DNA of 64,000 nt from Bugula neritina (lineage: Eukaryota > Animalia > Bryozoa), in NCBI GenBank assembly GCA_964035545.1, contig OZ037765.1:26411504-26475503 (forward strand). Direction: 5' to 3'. Each line of letters starts with the position of its first letter. Position 1 is the first letter of the stretch. The notes beneath the pieces were generated by a model that searched no databases, was not told the DNA's origin, and saw only the letters and a program-made list of their open reading frames with translations. Shown piece after piece: positions 58,152 through 64,000 of this stretch. The translations under genes were made by a program, and so were the position numbers.

Positions 58152-60682
58152 GTCTAGCACATAATATACCTTATGACTTATGGTAGCAGGTGCTTGGGGT
58201 AAAATTTCTCACCCTTCATTTAGCTGGCCAACTACCTAACATTCACATCAAACAATGAGTGAAATTAATGAAAAATTGAAACTGTCTCTAAGCAGTAATT
58301 AAAAATTGATACAACCACATTTGCATCTGCCAGTTGAATTTACTCTTGAACAAATTGCATAAGTAAAATGCTTATAGAGTTATACTGAATTAAAAGTTAT
58401 TAAACTCAAAAGAATAGTTATTGCATAACTTTGCAATTTTTATTCCCTTCACAAAAACTCCGCGTACAAGTCTATGATGCCTGTGGAATTAAGAGCACCA
58501 ACTGTGAACAGTAGGCCGAGAGTATTTATGCTGCAGGAAGGATGACCATATAGTATAATATATAGAATGAAAATCTGCTGTACTAAATTATTTACTAAAA
58601 TTGCGTTCCATTCTCCTGTTTCAGGTATGTGATCACTATACACATGTGTTTTTTAGATGAAGTTTGTTAGCCAAATATAAAACTTAGTCTAATTTATAGC
58701 TTAAATCATAACTCAAATTATTTTAATATGCTGTGCTTTAAATTTCATACATGCATGTAATATATTATGTAGGATATAGCATGTTATAACATTAGCCTAT
58801 GTTTTATGTAGCTTATTCCAATGAAAAACGTTGGAGGTTGAAAAAATTTCCAGCACATATTACATATATGAGGGAATAGAAAGATGTGAAGAAAGACTTA
58901 AGGGTTGATGTAAAATGAACAGATTTGATTGCCTATATAATATTATGCAGGATTTTACATTATACAAATAGTCTCTTCAATATCTTGGAAGACAATCACC
59001 ATTTCTTATAATATTGCTACAACAATATAGCAGTTGTATTGAATCAATTGGATATTTATTAGCTAGGCTAAACAATTTTTTTTCAGTTTATATTAGCGTA
59101 CACTGGAAATATGATGGTAACAAAGCTAGATGTATAATTGTTATAATTTATTATTGCAGTTTTAAATATAGTATGTTGAAATATATATTATCATACTGGT
59201 GACAAAGTTCATGTAATACACTTTAAAATATTCAAAAATGTTGGAGAGTTCTTATTCATATTACTCACACCTTATAATGTTTTTACATGAATAAACCACC
59301 AATTAATCAAACATTCCTTTTACAATATGCTGGTATAGGGCAAGTAAAGTAAAGTAGAAAAAGTATACACAAGAAATTACACAAAAAATATTAAAAAATC
59401 TAACAAAGAAATCGTATGCAAGAAAATAAAATTGTGAAAAACAGTAAATGAAGAAGCAAAAATTTAGTTAAATAATTTATACAGAAATTAATTTTTTCTT
59501 TTGGCAGGCACATTGGTGGTTAATTAGCCCAATGTGGAAAAAATGTTTGGAAAGTCTTTAGAGTTGGCGTGTAGCTGGACATATAGGCCAATGTACACTC
59601 ATACTTAAGTAGATGAAGGGATGATTCTCTTAAAAGAAGTGAGACTATCTTTTTAACATGTAGTGTATGTAAGCCATGAGTTCAACTTTACTATAGCAAA
59701 AAGAAATTCATAGTCAAAATAATATACCTTGCAGAGAGTGCTATGCAATATCAGTGTTTAGATAAAATGTGGAAACAAGCTTATTAATAAAAAAATTATC
59801 AACTTCAAAAATAGATTTATCTACACCTGTAAAGGAAGTATCAAACAGCGCTCAGCTACCTTTACGTCTTTAACAGTTTCACAACATGGCAATATGATAT
59901 ATGTTTTAACAATTCATACTAAACAAAAAAATATTATATTTTCACGGTAAATAGTGTGCTATTTGAAGTCAAAGAGCTCCAATAACTCTGGAAGTTGAAA
60001 GAGCTGTGGATATATCTATGTATACTTGGAATATATACACATCTGTTATGTGTAAGGTTTTACTTACCTGCAAGCCTTTTTAAGGCTATTTCCTCAACAT
60101 CAAGTAAAGTTCTATGCATGGGTACTTGGCTTATCAGCTGCTCTGTTGACTAACACGAGACACACTCGAAACCAGCTTAAAACATACTCAAAACCCAATC
60201 GCACCCCTGCACTGCTCACACTATGTTCTTTACACCTTCACACTGCAAGTACTCATTTCAACATTCTACTGGACACACATGCCATTCATTATATTCAGTG
60301 TGAGAAGCTGTTTGATGAGAGATGCGATGATAATGAGACTAAAAGATTGAAGTTGAAACACCAACTTAATATATCACATATATGCTCAATCTATAGACAG
60401 TAGCTAATGGTTTATCTCTTCGTAAGCATAGAGTAATAAAGCATTACCTTCTTTGTAATAGAGGATACCAACAAAAATCATGCTTTTAAAGTTTGTTAAA
60501 TCAAGTTAAAAAGTTGAAGCAAATTTAAAAGTTGCTAGTCTTTGTACCCTTAGAATAAAATATACACATTTGATATCTATGGATAGCAATATGTAGGGTC
60601 TAAGAACAAATGAATACTCTATCACATATATAAAACAAAAACATGTCAAGGTATAAACAATGATGACATGAATAGAACCTAC

Positions 60683-63600
60683 CTGTACAGTTACAAAGGA
60701 TGTCAGGGCTACTAGTTGGTAACAAGGTGTCACCTTTATCACAGAGTTGTGCTTGACATCCATAGCGGTTAACAGGAGCCCATTCTGACCATTCCTCATT
60801 AGCTGAGAAAAACAAGCATGTAAAGTAAAACAGAATATCTCCAGTATTTTGATCATAATTAAGAGCAAAGCTATTAACAACTGTATGCCTCAAATTATAA
60901 AATGCACACAGTATTAGATTAAAACTAAAGACATAACGGGTTTCATTTATTATTTTAGTAGTTTGAATAGAAATCAATATCAAACAACCATGTTTTACTA
61001 AATATATATAATATTTTAAGAGTGAATTTCATCACTTTACTATAATATGTAGTTGAGGCAGTGCAACTTGTTACATGCTGTATATTCTGCGACTTACCGA
61101 AGAAGCTGTATAGACGTTTTCTACAAGGCAGCATTTGCTTGCTAATGTTTCCAGCACAGTCTTGGCCTCCATTGAATGGAGCAGGGTTTGTACAAGATCT
61201 AGTTCTTGAGGTATTGTGAGTATATATAATAGAACAGAGAGGATCCCAACTGCTCCAGCTTGACCATTCACCATCAGCTGCGTATGGTATGGAAGACATG
61301 TGTTTATACTTATAGCTTGTTGCTTCGGTTAGTCAATATATTTGAAGCTAAATAACTGTAAAAATTAGCCACAATGTGAATATTAAACAGAAGTCTAGAA
61401 TCTTACTAAAACATGCTAAAGGTTCCCCAATCCATTTTCCATTTGGTTGACAATTCATTTCTATGTTTCCAGATAGTCTTTCATATCCTTCTTCACATTT
61501 AAATGTGATTCTTTTTCCACCCAAACCCCAGTCTACATCTACATGCTTGTTGGTCAGAGATGGGGTACTGCATGGTGTAGCTGTAACAACAATTATAACC
61601 AGCCTCTGAAGTTACCTCTGGCATTATTCTACCAACTCTAGAACTGCCCAACTGGTAAAAACTCAACACAGAAATTATAAGCAGTAGCTGTGAATAATCA
61701 TCTTACCATTTGCAAAACAGTTCAGCTGAATGCCTGAGAGCTGGCCACTCTGAAGGCACTGTCTTTCGTAGTCACCATAGTAGGGGAATAGGCCTTCTTT
61801 ACAATTTACTGTCAATATTTCACCATAATCCAGTAAGTCTGGCAGGTCACCTGATGATTCAGTTCCATTTCCTAGTGAATAGCTGCATTTCACTCCTTCA
61901 ATATATCATATCAGTGTATTATATGCATTATAAGTTCTGTGGTTAATAAAATGTGTGTCACTAATATGCTGAGAAGATTGTTAGAAGCAAGTATAAACTC
62001 TCGGTTCATCAAATACCAAAAAAATTGAATACTCTCTTGTTTTAATGCAGCTTTAAAATATTTACGAATATAATAATAACGATATATTGTAAAAGATCTC
62101 CTAATAAACTCATTAAAGCTAAGTGCAGTAATGGAGAAATTTAAAAAATAAAAAAATCTTGCAAAGAAGTTGCACGCGGGCTGTAAATGCTGTATCAAAT
62201 ACTAATCATGCTGTAAATCAACTTTTCAGGTTGCAGGGGGCATGCTATTAATAGCTCAATCCCTTTACACAGCAGTGAAAAATAGTAGACAAATCACAGA
62301 ATTAATTTACTATATAATGTTCTGTATGCTATAATATATAATATTCTGTATACTATAATATATAATATCCTGTATTCTATAATATATAATATTCTGTAAA
62401 CTATAATATATAATATTCTGTATTCTATAATATATAATATTCTGTATACTATAATATACAATATTATGTATACTATACTATAATATAATATTTTGTATTC
62501 TATAATATATAATATTCTGTATGCTAGAAGTCATTCAGACTAAAACACATATTTTAAAACATAAACCAAGTTTCTATATTGATCAACAACATAGCATATC
62601 TATAATTATACTAACGAGAACATGTGGGACGCCGTTTTTTCCAAAAAGCATCTTGTCCATCATATTTTCTGCACACTTGAGTCAAAGAGCCACTGGTTAA
62701 TGTATATCCCTCATCACATGTAAACCGAAGGCTCGTGTTACTCTGTGCAATGCTACTGGAAAAATTGCCTTCTTCAGCAAATTTTACTTCAAAACTTGCA
62801 AACTCTACAGCATTTGGTGCTGGAATTTCACAAAACGTTTCTGTAAACAAAATTTGAATATGTGGTTTTAATTACAGCTGATTAGCTTATGTATAACTGG
62901 GAAAAATATTCATCCTTTACTCAACAAAGACAATTTATAAGATCACTAACTACAGAAAAATGTTGCAGCTGCGAATTATAATTTTTGCTGGTCCTCTTAT
63001 TTGATTTCTACTTCTGCAAAATTTAAACAATCATTTTTCAACGATTCAGAAGTAGTTTTCTTATTTTGCAATAGCTGAAAATTTTTATTGGCATGCAATT
63101 TTGTAATAATATTTTAAATAAGTTGTATACCAACAATAGTAAATTGAATTTAGATGTTCTATGATCTCATATTGATAGATATTAAGGTAATGGTAGTTAG
63201 TAGCCAGTAGTATTTTTGCATAACTTATATTAAATGCATATAACAAAGCAAATGGTATTACCATAGAACGAAACTACAAAGAGATACATAGGCTATACAA
63301 CTACAGACTGCACTGCAACATGCTACAGAACAATACATAACACTGAGTCTACATACAAATTATCATTAAACTACAAACTTACTGTAACAGACATGGTGAA
63401 ACGAGTTTGTCCAATCAGAGAGGCCAGTTGTTTCATCCCAAACACACATAGTATAGTTTACAACAGAGCCAACATATCCCATGCTGCAGTTCATTGAGAA
63501 TATCGTACCAGGTGGATACTGTTCACTTTCTATAAGATTAGTAAGATATATCATAACAACATAGTAAATGCAAGCTTGTATGTGAATATTATATTAAACT

Positions 63601-64000
63601 GTGTGTTTAGTTAAATGCTGTGTAATGAAATTAACTCACCAGTATGATTAGTGATGTAAGTGTAGCCATTTGTAATATTATCAGGTCTGCTGGTGCAAAA
63701 TGATGCTGTGAAATATAAACCAAGAGCTACCTATTACCATAGCATATTATAAAACATAATAAGCTATTATGTAACATTTTATAAAGTATGTACATTTTTT
63801 AAAAGAAATCTAATGATTCAACTCACCTTTACATTCTGGTAAAGTGTCATTCCAATTGGCCACATTTTCAGAAAGCTCACAGACTATAGTAGGGTTGAGA
63901 AGGGGTAGTGTATTTTTCCCACAAATCACCGTTATTTCTGTACCAATTGGTACCCAGTCTTTACTAAGTAGATCATAGTGCATTTGAGGCAAAGTGATGT
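60683..64000 (-). CDS. 3' portion of a Sushi/CCP-repeat plus thrombospondin type-1 repeat extracellular protein; begins beyond the window, 3' end uncertain
   Basis: Several exons carry CCP motifs (FTCDEGYTLTSG...C...W...PTC; NCKEG...CLQSGQLSG..LNC; FKCEEGY...CQPNGKW). TSP1 motif DGEWSSWSSW...RTRSCTNPAPFNGGQDC. Confidence 0.85.
62311..62524. repeat. 24-bp AT-rich intronic minisatellite CTATAATATATAATATTCTGTATA, ~8-9 copies
   Basis: Units at 62329, 62353, 62377, 62401, 62425 and onward. Confidence 0.92.

Noticed and set aside
58449-60403. Short ORFs and possible terminal exons of the Sushi/TSP1 gene
   Set aside because: I could not build a phase-consistent exon chain by eye, so this region is left unannotated.

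Overview
This is AT-rich, intron-containing animal (invertebrate-like) genomic DNA, not prokaryotic. The host genes, in order, are: a ZXD-family 10-finger C2H2 gene (-), a SUN-domain nuclear envelope gene (+), TAPT1 (-, with a U12-type minor intron), a TEX36/HDNR-domain gene (+), a Methuselah-like class-B GPCR (+), ZRANB3 (-), and the 3' part of a Sushi/TSP1-repeat gene (-). Repeats include a 5'-truncated CR1/L2-type LINE, a tRNA-derived SINE, two hAT/Charlie-like MITE ends, several minisatellites and two related Ty3/Gypsy LTR retrotransposons. The main finding is the young, full-length Gypsy element at 27621-35060 (LTRs 304/305 identical, TTAT target-site duplication, tRNA-Leu primer site), inserted antisense in intron 3 of the TEX36-like gene. 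In the slot where retroviruses carry env, it has an intact 357-aa ORF with no membrane features. That ORF has an acidic N-terminus, two zinc fingers, a basic patch and a six-heptad coiled coil, so it looks like a transcription factor. The element also has a G_UUA_AAC plus hairpin -1 frameshift signal into an unannotated 115-codon spacer, an eroded Gag zinc knuckle, and a palindrome in the U3 region of the LTR. Exon boundaries were inferred by eye and family calls come from recalled motifs; no searches were run.
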